A stretch of DNA of 64,000 bases, taken from Nitrosopumilaceae archaeon (GTDB lineage: Archaea > Thermoproteota > Nitrososphaeria > Nitrososphaerales > Nitrosopumilaceae). The position numbers and the translations under genes were made by a program. Location: positions 768,001-832,000 of the forward strand of contig OZ242365.1 of the NCBI GenBank assembly GCA_965208905.1, read 5' to 3'. The notes beneath the pieces are model-generated. The model did no database searches. It was not told the DNA's origin and worked only from the letters and a program-made list of their open reading frames with translations. Shown here in pieces: positions 9,736-20,912 of the stretch; the first letter of the stretch is position 1, and each line of letters opens with the position of its first letter.

Positions 9736-11840
9736 GGAACTCTATTATAGTGCCCAGGCTTGGACTCATAAATCATTCCCGTACTCTTTATCTTGTCTAG
9801 GAACTGCCTGGCCTCTACACTATCGAACATGTTGGTCTTTGTTAGTTCATCTAGTAGTGTCTTTTCAGGAACAGGCTGTCTCTCATCACCTTCTAATGAA
9901 CGCAATATATCTGTGAATATCTGCTGTTTGTTTACCTGTGTGCTACCTTTGCCGTATAGCGTCCGGACATCCACCGTATTTGCGCTAGCATCATATCCGG
10001 CTTCGGTCAACATCGAATCCATTAGAAATATGGCGCGTGTAGCATCCTCCTCCTCCACCAAGTCTTTCATTAGTAGCCTGGCGCGCGCCGTCGCCAAACG
10101 TATGATTCCCTCTAGTTGTCTTGGCGTGGCCTGTATGTTTCCTGTATCCTGCTCAAAGTTACTGCGTACCTTTAGGTAGTGATCAATTATCACCTTTACG
10201 GCCTCATCGGTGAGCTCGGGGGTGAATCTCTTTGCATATGCAAAGTACTTTGTCAGTATGTCCGGATCTACAATGTTGCGGTTGATGGAACGTCGACTAT
10301 GATGCCGTGTTATGATATGTTTCGCTATACTCCTATCTTTAGCTGTGGTTGGTATATCCCGTATTATGTATATCAGGTCAAATCTAGTTAGTAATGGCAG
10401 GGGTATGTGTGCATTATCTACGATAGTCTTGAATGGATCATAGCGACCCCCCACCGGATTGGCTGCTGCCAGTATTGATGTGCGGGCATTTAGTGTGGCA
10501 ACAATTCCTCCCTTTGCGATACTAGCTGACTGCTGCTCCATCACCTCATGTAAGGCTGAACGGTCCTCATTCTTCATCTTGTCAAACTCATCTATGCATA
10601 CAAGTCCTTGATCCCCCAACACAACGGCCCCTGCCTCAAGCATGAGCATTCCTGACTTGTCTTTTACCACTGCCGCAGTTAACCCGGCCGCTGTACTGCC
10701 CCGACCACTGGTGTACAGCCCTCGGGGAGCTATGCGAGCGCAGAACTTTAGCATCTCGGACTTGGCGGTTCCCGGATCTCCCACCAAAAACACATTGATG
10801 TCGCCCCGGGTATTGGAGCCGTCCGGTAGCTGTCTTCGGTTGGAGCCCACCAGCAACAGTACGATGGCCTCCTTGATGATCTCATGTTCGCTTATGTGTG
10901 GTGCAAAGGACTCTACGAGTCTTTCGTATATGCCTGGGCTGCGCACCAAACCTTGAATTATCTTCTCCTCTTCAGGTGATATCTCTTCGCGTTCCATCTT
11001 GCGGGATGTCTTTGTTCCCCGTCCTCCCAGAAATTCAATATTGTTTCCCTCTATTCTAAGACGGTGTAGTCCACTACGACCCTGAGAGACTCCGCGGACG
11101 GGCTCTTGCTCTATGCGAACTATGCCTGTCAGAACAATTCGGTCACCAGGACGTGCATTGTCCACCAAATCCTGCTTTATGTTTACATCAATATAATGGG
11201 GAATCTGGCCCGGAGGTAGATCTTCGGGCAACTCTTGCAGGCGCAGTATCTGAAAATCAATAAATTCACTCTCTTTGAAGCTCATCTCTAAATTCCGATG
11301 CTTGCAGTCAGGGTTGGAGCAGACTGTCGGTGCATCCACTGACATGCCTTGTGTTGTAGTTGTAGTTGTACTGTGCCCATCTGGACATTTGAAGACAAGT
11401 TTCTTTGCCAGTGGCTTTATCTCGGATGCCCGAACTACCATGCCCGAGACACTTGTAATACGTGATATGGTCTCGGAATTTATCTCTCGTAGGCTTCTGT
11501 GTAAGGGAAAGTTGGCTATACGGGCGCGTATGGCGCCATGTATGCTCTCAGCATATCCGGGAAACCGTGTCCTTAGGACCTCGCCTATTGCCTGCGAAAA
11601 GGCATTAAGTATGCGGTCCGGCTCTGTGTGAAAGAACTTTTCTATCTTTGGTTCCTCTACTAGATCATTATAATTTATAACTATATACTTTGAACTCTTG
11701 GGCATCATGCCGTCTATCTGCTCTAGATACTTGTAGTTATTGTTTACATCCTTGTGATGTGTCAGGAACATTCGAACCTCATCGGCTAGGCCATCTTCTG
11801 TATACTCGGGCTCCTCTGATATGATATCACTCATCGGCAC
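9732..11840 (-). CDS. mcm: Replicative helicase MCM
   Basis: GDPGTAKS, IDEFDKM, LLTRFD, Zn motif CPDGH...CSNPDC. Confidence 0.96.
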   Translation of the reverse strand: MPMSDIISEEPEYTEDGLADEVRMFLTHHKDVNNNYKYLEQIDGMMPKSSKYIVINYNDLVEEPKIEKFFHTEPDRILNAFSQAIGEVLRTRFPGYAESIHGAIRARIANFPLHRSLREINSETISRITSVSGMVVRASEIKPLAKKLVFKCPDGHSTTTTTTQGMSVDAPTVCSNPDCKHRNLEMSFKESEFIDFQILRLQELPEDLPPGQIPHYIDVNIKQDLVDNARPGDRIVLTGIVRIEQEPVRGVSQGRSGLHRLRIEGNNIEFLGGRGTKTSRKMEREEISPEEEKIIQGLVRSPGIYERLVESFAPHISEHEIIKEAIVLLLVGSNRRQLPDGSNTRGDINVFLVGDPGTAKSEMLKFCARIAPRGLYTSGRGSTAAGLTAAVVKDKSGMLMLEAGAVVLGDQGLVCIDEFDKMKNEDRSALHEVMEQQSASIAKGGIVATLNARTSILAAANPVGGRYDPFKTIVDNAHIPLPLLTRFDLIYIIRDIPTTAKDRSIAKHIITRHHSRRSINRNIVDPDILTKYFAYAKRFTPELTDEAVKVIIDHYLKVRSNFEQDTGNIQATPRQLEGIIRLATARARLLMKDLVEEEDATRAIFLMDSMLTEAGYDASANTVDVRTLYGKGSTQVNKQQIFTDILRSLEGDERQPVPEKTLLDELTKTNMFDSVEARQFLDKIKSTGMIYESKPGHYNRVP

Positions 11841-12339
11841 CCACTCTCTTCTTTAGGGTCTCGCCTTCCCGGTTTATGGACTCGAAGAATACCCGCTCCT
11901 CTATACTTATGCGGGATTTTATGTCCGCGGTCAGTCTTGTGGAGTCGGCTAGTCGCACTATCTTTCCCCGCCGCATTCTGAACAGTCCGATCATCATGCT
12001 CTCAACACCATCCCGGTCTCGCTGTCGCAGTTTGTTCATCTGGCTTTGCAGTCGTATATAGAATAAATCATCTAGTGTGGCTAGTTGATACTCTCCAACC
12101 ATCTGCTCTTTTACAGTAGCCTGCTTCAATTCGGTTATGGTGTCGGGCGCATCTAATGTAGCCATCTTATTCTCTTCAAGTATCTCTCCGACCCATATGG
12201 GAATGTTGATGACCTCCCCCTCTTTTCCACTTATTTCCGTGTCGCCCACCTTTAGGTTGATATTCTTTTGTAGTGTGGTCTTTACATCATCTAGAGAGTA
12301 CCCAATCTTGTGTAGCTCTTGAATATCTTCTCCCCACAT
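11827..12339 (-). CDS. GINS subunit
   Basis: Immediately upstream of mcm; GINS-like IPIWVG...FY...RRGKIVRLA...EERVFF pattern. Confidence 0.85.
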   Translation of the reverse strand: MWGEDIQELHKIGYSLDDVKTTLQKNINLKVGDTEISGKEGEVINIPIWVGEILEENKMATLDAPDTITELKQATVKEQMVGEYQLATLDDLFYIRLQSQMNKLRQRDRDGVESMMIGLFRMRRGKIVRLADSTRLTADIKSRISIEERVFFESINREGETLKKRVGADE

Positions 12340-12851
12340 GATATATCATCTTCGTATTTGTATATTACATATCTTGTAAAGAAAATTTGTTTTATTTGTC
12401 AAGTTATTTAGTACGGTATATTATCGTATAAATCTTTGCTATACATAGGAACCGATAACTTGTTGTGTGATGACTAGGGGTGTTAAGCATCACGGCAATT
12501 CGCAGGACATCCAGTGGATTGTCCGTGTATGCTCTTCTCGTATAGTTTGGCCGACGATGCTAACCAAATTATATAATTAGATACTATGTGTAGACGTTTT
12601 TAGTCTGAACGTGGTATCTGCCTTGTTGGACCCGAGAGTCGTATTGAACTTGCCACGTATGAGGGCGTTAATTAGATCGCTCATCTATCTAATGTTGGGG
12701 GTGGCAATTACGCCCATAGGGCTCGGAGTTGGCGTTCAGTGCAGAAAAAATATGTATCCAGCAGGATGCCACGCGCCTGCAGAATGGGTTTTGCGGAAAA
12801 TAATTACGGCGCAAAAAACATCCCGGTCAGGCCTGCCTCCCGGGATATTGG

Positions 12852-13495
12852 TCAAGGATGGCGGCCGGCGCAGCCGCGAACCTGCCATTGATGCCATAGT
12901 GCCTGTGGTTGTGGACGAACTGGAAAGGCTTGACGTACCGTTCCAGATGCCATTTGCTCACGCCGCGGTGTTTTTTCAGCCATCATATACAGCAGGCCTA
13001 TCCGGCACTCGCAGTTGTTGGTATGAATATCGTTGTGCTCGCCTGATGCGTACTCACCCTCGCTGTGGTTGATGGCCAGGTGGCAGTATCCCATCTCTCC
13101 AAGGCTCTTGTAGGCGGGATGCTCGTCGGTTATTACAGTCGAACCCGGTTCGAACTTCCCGGCCACCATTTCGGCCAGCGACATGCGGTTACCGCGGGGA
13201 ACCTCAAAGATGGTCACATCCGGTTCGTCTCCTGTGGCCCGCTGATGGTAGATGGTGACCATAGGTACATTCTTCTTGAAGGTGCCCCTGCCCGGACCGC
13301 GGGGCAGCCGGCGGCGGCTGGGGACAGTCCGGTTCTCGCCGTTGCTGCCCAGTGACGCCCCCTTGGAGCCGGCCCTGGTGTATCCCTCACCGGTCCAGGA
13401 CAGCTTGTCCTCCGGCAGCTCGCCAATCTTCCGCATGATGTCGCGGTACATCTGGTAGACGGCCCCGTAGGCGCGGCCTATCGAAGTTGCAATGT
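12852..13495 (-). pseudogene. IS1595 transposase C-terminal fragment
   Basis: ISXO2-like DDE motifs; frameshifted tail. Confidence 0.8.
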
Positions 13496-15166
13496 CAGTC
13501 TATGAAAAAGTACTCCGTACATTTATCTAATTCGTATTAGGCCAACCACGCTTAGGTCAATAATAACAATGTAGGAGGTATAAAATTATTGAAATGGGGC
13601 ATATAAGGCCGGTGCGGATTAACAAGTTGGTCATGAAAACCACGCACCGAGAAATAGTAGAAAAATTCGTATATAAGGACATGCAGGCGGCGCTGCGCCA
13701 AATATGCTCTGCCTTTGTATCAGACAAGCACAACGCCATATATGGGGCAGCGGATTTCGTGGACGCGGCGCTAGCCGTGGCATCAAAAAACGGGTACGTG
13801 GGCGCCGTCCTGAAAAATCTGAGGGGTGATGACAAGGAGGCAAACACAGACATCCCGCACTGGGTTGAGGACGGCTCTGAATCTCCAAGTGTGCCAAAAT
13901 ACGCCCGGGTATCTCCCACCCCGCAGTGGTTTTTAGGCCGGCTGGACGGGCATTCGGGTGATGAACTGTCTGAGATGGGCGCCGACATGCTGGATGCGTC
14001 GCTACAGGCGGTGCGCAGCATGGGGGCGGCTACCGGCAAGGGACACGCTGGCAGTGGACGGGCACGACCGGCCCTGCCACGCCCCCATGGACGAGGATGT
14101 CATGCGGCGGAGCAAGCCAAAGGGCGGAACCTCAAAGATGGAATCGTACCTGACCATGCATGTGGCAAACGATGTGCACCTGACCACCTCGGCATACCCG
14201 TACACTACAGGCGATTCTGCCGCAGAGATAGTGCGCCGCATGATACACCACACCCAGCGCATTGGAATCAAGATTGAAAAGCTGCTGCTGGACCGCGGGT
14301 TCTATACGGTTGAGATGCTGCGCATACTGCGCGAGGAGAAAATACCATACATAATGGCCGTGCGCATGACCAAACCCATCGGGGCCATGGTGGAGGCGTA
14401 CCATGATGGCCGGGGTAGGGCCATAGTGAGCCACACGGTGGGCAGTGGAAAGGGCGCCCAAGAAGGCCACCCTACTGATACACAAGAGGCGTGATGCGGA
14501 CAAGCACGAAAAAGTCACAGACAAGTACATTGTGCTGGCCTTTGCGGGGGTGTGGCCCAGCGAAAAGGCCGTGACAAGCAGCATACCAGAAGAGTACCGC
14601 AGGCGCTGGTCAATAGAGACCGGCTACCGCAACACAAAAAACATGAGCATCAAGTCGCGCAGCATGATACCCGGAGTGCGCTGCTTCCTGTTCAAGTTCT
14701 CGCTGGCCCTAACCAATTTCTGGGCCCTGGCCAACGCCGCCGTGTCCCCTTCCAAAACAGGCGTGGTGGTGCCGGTCATAACCATAGCCTTCTTTGTGCA
14801 CCACATCTACCAAAGGGTAGCGGGGTTAACGGCGGCCAGGTACGGGCTGCGCGCCGGCCCGGGCCCGCCGGCGCGGTAACGAACCGTGTGGCGCGGCCGC
14901 CACCCACACCCCGTACAATTTCGCGCATGCCACCCCGCGCCCGTCTGCGCATCCTGTGTAGCCATATCGGAGCTGAGACGTACCTGATGAAACAGGACAG
15001 GTCCAGGACAGGCGCCAAACACACATCCATGTCGCATGCAGCCTGATGAGGGCTGCCATTGGCCGCACACAAATTTTTTATTCCCGCCGGATCCACATTT
15101 CCCTCATACACGGCATAATTTTACCACATTTACCTAATTTTTACGGCTGTACTTTTTCATAGACTG
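13496..15166 (+). mobile_element. ISH3/IS4-superfamily insertion sequence (1671 bp)
   Basis: Perfect 18-bp TIR CAGTCTATGAAAAAGTAC; 4-bp TSD ATGT at 13492-13495 and 15167-15170. Confidence 0.9.
13594..14879 (+). pseudogene. ISH3-family transposase, frameshifted over three ORFs
   Basis: LAVDGH, LLDRGFY and YRRRWSIETGYR (DDE/YREK) motifs in different frames. Confidence 0.85.
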
Positions 15167-15676
15167 ATGTAGTTTATCGATATCCCGTTGGGCGGCCCGC
15201 ACAGGAACATTCAGACCAGTATCATCCGGTCTCCCATCCGGACGTGCCGGTAGTGAAGAATAGTCCCGGTCTTGTCGTTGAAGGTCCGGCAGCAGCCCTT
15301 GCACGTGTACCTCCGGATGTGTCACTGGTATCGGCAGTACCGGATGATATCAACCCCGCCGCAACGCGGGCAGAACAGGCCGTTGGCCCACCGGACCGTC
15401 CTGAACAGCTCGGCTGTAGCCGCCATATCAGCAAACAATGCCAGCAGGAGCAACAGGGGACCGGACTCTTTTTGTTTTTGCGTCTTGCCACACGCCATGG
15501 AGGTATGGAGGGATCTACCCTATAGATCTTTTTCGATTATACCTACTTGGTGCGGGGCTTCACTTACTTCCAACACTCAACAGATGAGCGACAAAAGAAC
15601 CCTGAGATGTATGTGACCGCTGGGTTAGATTGGTATCTTTTTCAACTTTATATGTGGTATATGTGGGATTTAGTAT

Positions 15677-17323
15677 ATGCTTAGAGGCTTTTTAGGTGTT
15701 ACATTCGCAGTATTATGTGTAGTTGGCCTTGCACCTTTGGCATTTGGACACGGACTGGGTGGCGACCAGGCCCCGCCGATAAGCTTCGGCGGAATGGAGG
15801 TCACTGTCCGTACGGATCTGAGCCCATCTGATATTACAGTTGGTGATCTGGACACTGCAAACATGAAGATTCGATTCTTTGATGTATTAACGAATCAAAC
15901 CTTACCACAAGTGACGTACCGTGTTGAGATATACCAGAACAACGCACTCTTGGCACGAAGCTTATTCTATGACAACGATGGTGTATTAGACGTTGAGATA
16001 CGACCTCGCGGAGGTTGTACTGAGACTGATCTCTGGCGATGTACCGTCTATTATGGCTCTGAACATGTCAGCGCACCTGGCGCCTTGTACGCGGAGGGCT
16101 CACAAAGACCTGTCATTACAGGGCCGATATTTGAAAAGGGTGGACTGTACAATATTCGTATAGATATAGAGGGTGCCACAAGCCCCAAGGCGTTGTTGTC
16201 GGACGTTCTCTCTTATGATACGTTTGTGAGCGTTGCGCAAGATCAGTTCTTTACTATACAGGATGCCAATGCCAATGAGTACCCTACAGTAATAAAGACA
16301 TACTATGATGAGGTCTCAAACTTTTCATTTGACAATTCAGATAACTCCATATACTTTGAGATGCCATTTGACTGGGCCCCCGACTATGTGGAACAGGTGT
16401 TTGTTGTACATGAGGAGGTTCGAGTCCCCAAAGAGTTTACGCCATACTCGGACGGCAAACAGTTCAAGGGTTATGTAAACGGCGTTGAGTTGGGCTCTCG
16501 AGCTTTGATCAATGACCCCTACTCGTATACAGATATGAACGTCATTCACTTTTTGGTGACCAACGCTGATTTGAGTCGCATAAATGAGCAACTGGGCCCT
16601 GATCACTATTCAAACAAACTGATGACGCTAAAACTAGTACCTCAAGAAGATATAGTCGTGAACTCTCAAGAGTTCTATCTTGTTGATGCTGTTAACTTTG
16701 AGCAAATCCCCACAGATGTTAAAGTACAGTGGGATGCATCATATGGTGCTGGTGATGAGATATCCTTTGAGATAGCCTTCTTTGATGATGGCACTCTCAT
16801 CAAGGATGTCTATTATGGATACTGGCTTATAGATGGCGATGAGATTTTGGGTGAATTTCATGGTGAGGATAATACTGGAATACTGTCTGTTGAAGGGATA
16901 GACACACAAAATATTGTGATTCCTGATGCGGGGCAGTACCGCTTAGACATTATAGTGTATGGTACTGGCCTAGACTATGACCCCACATATGCAGGTGTGG
17001 GAACAGCACTCTTGGAGATTGGCCCTTCTAGTAATGATGTACCAGTATCTGTAATACCTGACTGGGTACGGAATAATGCAGGTTGGTGGGCCGATGGCTC
17101 CATTGATGATGCATCATTCCTACAGGCACTACAATTTCTCATCCGGGAGGGGATTATAGTTGTAGAGTATACATCTGATGATGCTCTGGAGACATCTGAA
17201 TCTGTAATACCTGACTGGGTACGGAATAATGCAGGTTGGTGGGCCGATGGCTCCATTGATGATGCATCATTCCTACAGGCACTACAATTTCTCATCCGGG
17301 AGGGTATATTGGTGGTACAATGA
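15677..17323 (+). CDS. Secreted thaumarchaeal surface protein with duplicated C-terminal [12 protein letters not shown] domain
   Basis: Signal peptide, acidic body, two copies of [34 protein letters not shown]. Confidence 0.85.
   Translation: MLRGFLGVTFAVLCVVGLAPLAFGHGLGGDQAPPISFGGMEVTVRTDLSPSDITVGDLDTANMKIRFFDVLTNQTLPQVTYRVEIYQNNALLARSLFYDNDGVLDVEIRPRGGCTETDLWRCTVYYGSEHVSAPGALYAEGSQRPVITGPIFEKGGLYNIRIDIEGATSPKALLSDVLSYDTFVSVAQDQFFTIQDANANEYPTVIKTYYDEVSNFSFDNSDNSIYFEMPFDWAPDYVEQVFVVHEEVRVPKEFTPYSDGKQFKGYVNGVELGSRALINDPYSYTDMNVIHFLVTNADLSRINEQLGPDHYSNKLMTLKLVPQEDIVVNSQEFYLVDAVNFEQIPTDVKVQWDASYGAGDEISFEIAFFDDGTLIKDVYYGYWLIDGDEILGEFHGEDNTGILSVEGIDTQNIVIPDAGQYRLDIIVYGTGLDYDPTYAGVGTALLEIGPSSNDVPVSVIPDWVRNNAGWWADGSIDDASFLQALQFLIREGIIVVEYTSDDALETSESVIPDWVRNNAGWWADGSIDDASFLQALQFLIREGILVVQ
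17047..17304 (+). repeat. Two identical 105-bp direct repeats (17047-17151, 17200-17304)
   Basis: Nucleotide-identical copies, 153-bp period, in frame. Confidence 0.9.
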
Positions 17324-17532
17324 CTATTCGTGACATAAATGACATAATGCCCAAGATAGACAATATGCGCTGGGGAGCCTTAATGAACCGTCCCCCCACA
17401 AATAAAATTATCAAAGATATGAATGCTATATTTCCTGACAATGGTCGATGGCACACTGTCTTTGAGGAAGATGATTTTATAATCGTCGATGGTAAAGAGG
17501 TGCGTAAAAGAAGCCCCAAGAGCTGGACCTGA
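17320..17532 (+). CDS. Small hypothetical protein
   Basis: 70-aa ORF overlapping the upstream stop (ATGA). Confidence 0.65.
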   Translation: MTIRDINDIMPKIDNMRWGALMNRPPTNKIIKDMNAIFPDNGRWHTVFEEDDFIIVDGKEVRKRSPKSWT

Positions 17533-17754
17533 TATGTGATGGATTGGCATGTATGATAAAGATGACTGGGAGTCGATGGGCTGGAGTACAGCAGATGCTG
17601 CCTTTGGTGGCTTTACCGCTGGTAGAAACTCGTCTGTAGTATGCGAGCGTTGTAACATATCTGGTCCTTGGAACATACGAATTCTTCAAAATGACAAAGA
17701 TGGCTCATCAGGATTATGTGGTGAGTTGAGCCGCATAAGTGCCCCTTTGGCCTG

Positions 17755-18459
17755 ATGAACCAAGACCCTGACACGACAAAAATGGACGAATCTGAGACTA
17801 GAATGATATCGTTACAGGAGGATGTTTTAAACTGTGTTAGATGTCCGCGGTTGGCAACGTATATTCGTAATGTTGCCAAGACTCGTACTCGCCGGTTCAT
17901 TAACGAGACGTACCATGGCAGGCCACTGCCAGGCTTTGGTGATGTGCATGCAAGACTGTTGATAGTGGGTTTGGCCCCGGCCGCCCATGGCGGAAATCGT
18001 ACAGGACGGATGTTTACAGGCGATTCGTCTGCAGACTGGCTGGCCCGCGTCATGTACAAATACAAACTGGCATCTACTCCTACTAGTATTGACAAGTCTG
18101 ATGGCCTGACACTGCGCAACGCATATGTGACCGCCGCGGCTCGATGCGCCCCCCCACAGAACAAGCCTACAGCAACAGAGTTACGTAACTGCCTGCCGTT
18201 TCTACAGCGTGAGTTGGATATACTGTATAATGTGCGGCTGATTTTATGTTTAGGCCAGATCGGATACAGAGCTACCTGCCAGGCTCTAAACGTCAAACCT
18301 GCTAAATTTGGTCATAATACACTACACAAGTATGATGGCACAAAGATCAGCATACTGACATCGTACCATCCATCTAGACAGAACACACAGACTGGCCGGC
18401 TCACTTGGGAGGCATGGGATAGCGTCTTTGCCCGCGCTTTGAGCATAATTGGTGTATAG
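17755..18459 (+). CDS. Uracil-DNA glycosylase family 5
   Basis: CVRCPRL, GLAPAAHGGNRTGRMFTGD, RCAPPQNKP, YHPSRQN. Confidence 0.92.
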   Translation: MNQDPDTTKMDESETRMISLQEDVLNCVRCPRLATYIRNVAKTRTRRFINETYHGRPLPGFGDVHARLLIVGLAPAAHGGNRTGRMFTGDSSADWLARVMYKYKLASTPTSIDKSDGLTLRNAYVTAAARCAPPQNKPTATELRNCLPFLQRELDILYNVRLILCLGQIGYRATCQALNVKPAKFGHNTLHKYDGTKISILTSYHPSRQNTQTGRLTWEAWDSVFARALSIIGV

Positions 18460-18472
18460 TATGCTTTATGCT

Positions 18473-20139
18473 TAGTACTCTGCAAAAAGATCCGATATTT
18501 TTCGGTGCCCGACGATAACAGAATTTCTTGCCAGAAGGGATTGGTTTGGGCCGCCCTTCTGCGTGGCAGTCGGCGCCCTACTCAATACGATGTCGGGTGC
18601 AGGGCCGTTGCGGACGGGTCTTGGCATGTTACAACTCAACTTGACATGAATGTAAAATTAGTTTGACATTGCCACGTTTAAACTAGAAGTGTGCCACCGG
18701 TAGTATGTACAAAACCAGTGTAGCACAAAAGGAAACCACAGAAACAGTATTTAACCCTACAGCACCCCGCAGAACCACAGCCAGGGGCAGCGAGCGCCTT
18801 CTGAAGGGTGATGACTTTATGCCCGACTATAAAATCGAGGTAATGGAGGTGTACGTACAGGGCCTCAGGGAGGGCAAGGAGCGAAGCGTTGGGACCGCGT
18901 GCATCAAGAGTAAGCAGAACAAGACCATGAGGACCATATCACAGGAGATGCTCCAGCCACCCGGTACGATTCGAGGCTGGCTGGCCAGGGGGCGGGATCG
19001 GGGCCTGCATGGTTTGGCAGACAAAAAGTCGCCGGGCCGGCCACCCATGATATGCGGCAGGGTTGATGAAACCATTCGGGAATGGCTGTCCAAATCCCCC
19101 GGCGACTTTGGGTTCGAGAGGAAGAGGTGGCAGCTGAACATGCTGCAAAAGAAGCTCAGCAATATGGGAATCAAGTGTAGCAACAGCACTGCAAGGAGGG
19201 CCATGCGCCGCGTCAGGTTCTCCTTCCGCAAGTCACGGCCGGTCCCATACAAGTCTGCATCCATGGAAGAGCAAAAAAGTTCAAGGAGGAAAAGTCAATC
19301 GTACTAAGAAATCTTGCCATACTCGGATATGTGATAATGGCACTTGATGAGGCAACATGCATGATAGGCGGTTGGAACGGCTACTCGTGGCTGCCCAAAG
19401 GCGGACGTGAGACCTCTCCTGTATCATGGTCAAAAAAATCAGTACGCCTGATAGGCGTGCTGGCAGACGGTTGGTTTCGTATTGCAATAATTGATGCCAC
19501 CAACTCTAAAACACTCAAGAACTTTCTGGATACCATAAAGGCAGGTATCGGCAAGGCGGCCATAATAATGGACAACGCATCATACCACAAATCAGAAAAG
19601 ACAGACGAATATCTGAACGGCTCTGATGGAATGTTTGAGTGCATCTTCCTTCCGGCGTACACGCCCCAGCTTAACCCAATCGAGGTGCTGTGGCGCGATC
19701 TCAAGCGCGCGCTGGCAGGCAGATACTTTGAATCTATAGACGACCTAAAGAAAGCCATCACAGATATAGTAAACAGTGGCGAGTTGCAGCCCCCCAAACT
19801 GTTCGGCTATATGCTACCAGATGGCATCCCACCCCCCAAACCCGTACCCTGCACCATACTGGACCTAACAACTCCGGAATCCAAGACCGAAACTGCCGCC
19901 GCCTGAGCGGGCCGTATAGTGCTGTCATGCCACGCACATGTTACCTGCACATCTTGCAGCCGGCCAGTATCGTGTTGATACTCCACTGCTCCCGACTTTA
20001 TACATACAGCCTGTCCTGTAATGGTTTGACTGGATAATGTGGTCCAGATAGCCCGATACCTGCCCGAATTCGGCCCTAATGGCACGATATTTTTGAATCA
20101 ATAAGATCGAAAAATATCGGATCTATCCACAAACGACTA
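18473..20139 (+). mobile_element. IS630-family insertion sequence
   Basis: TA at both ends; inverted repeats sharing TAGT...AGATCCGATATTTTTCG; two-ORF transposase. Confidence 0.85.
18705..19906 (+). CDS. IS630 transposase split into two ORFs by a -1 frameshift at an A6 run (19273-19278)
   Basis: HTH ORF (KSPGRPP) followed by DDE ORF (ALDEA, MDNASYH, PAYTPQLNPIE). The -1 frame reads QKKFKEEKSIVLRN into ORF2. Confidence 0.82.
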
Positions 20140-20392
20140 TGCTCATATGCAAACATATTATCAATATGCCATTACATCTAATGGTACCTAAAATCCATTA
20201 TACCTTACTCATCTTGACAGAGTTCTACAAGCGCTATGCGAACTATATTGCATTTTACTAAAAAAAGTCATAATCTGTTTGCCAGGCACATCATGCATTT
20301 TACCTTTAGGGTTTAGAGCGATTTTGGAGCATCTCTAAACAGACAAGATTTCCCGCAACAACGTAAATAACAATCCTGCCCTTATACACAGT

Positions 20393-20911
20393 ATGGATAC
20401 CTTTGATGGCATCTTGCTACTGTTGTACTGTAAGGGAGATGCCCACATAGGGAGAATAGCACTACAAAAGTTGGTATATGTCGCAGGCCACAAAATTCCC
20501 ACATTGGAGATCCCACCATACAAACTACAGTATTATGGGCCGTTCAGCGAGAAACTGGGTCGTATATTGGAGAGGTTGGTCTCAACATCATTTGTAACTG
20601 AGAATATGACACCTGGCGGTCACTATGAATCATATGATTACTCTTTGAATGATGACGGAGTCGATATATCTAATGATCTAAAGAGCAAGCCTGAATATAT
20701 GACAATACAGTCATTTATGGATGTCTGTCAGAAGACATGCAACTTTGATGTGGCCGCCCTCTCATATGCCTCAAAGATACTATACTTGATGGCTGACCGC
20801 TCTTATGATGATGCTGTAATTGATGCTAAAAAGTCTGATTGGGGGTTGTATAGGGGTAATATCAAGACGGGCATAAAGACACTACAGCGATTAAACTTGG
20901 TGAAGCATTAG
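20393..20911 (+). CDS. YwgA/DUF4065(Panacea)-like winged-helix protein
   Basis: GRIALQKLVY...YYGPFSEKL motif. Confidence 0.65.
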   Translation: MDTFDGILLLLYCKGDAHIGRIALQKLVYVAGHKIPTLEIPPYKLQYYGPFSEKLGRILERLVSTSFVTENMTPGGHYESYDYSLNDDGVDISNDLKSKPEYMTIQSFMDVCQKTCNFDVAALSYASKILYLMADRSYDDAVIDAKKSDWGLYRGNIKTGIKTLQRLNLVKH

Positions 20912-20912
20912 T

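Larger units (their letters stand above)
12678..15590 (-). mobile_element. IS1595-family element (ISH4-like ends), degenerate, split by a nested ISH3
   Basis: Imperfect TIRs CGCTCATCTatctAaTGTTGG / CGCTCATCTgttgAgTGTTGG. N-terminal Zn ribbon (RWANGLFCPRCG...YTCKGCCRTFNDKTGT) at about 15170-15400 and DDE part (TDEHPAY, INHSEGEY, IHTNNCE) at 12852-13495. No TSD seen. Confidence 0.8.

Noticed and set aside
9732-11840. Intein in MCM
   Set aside because: 702 aa is a normal length and the motifs are contiguous.
17549-17755. 68-aa ORF upstream of UDG
   Set aside because: No recognisable motif, so I cannot support it as a gene.
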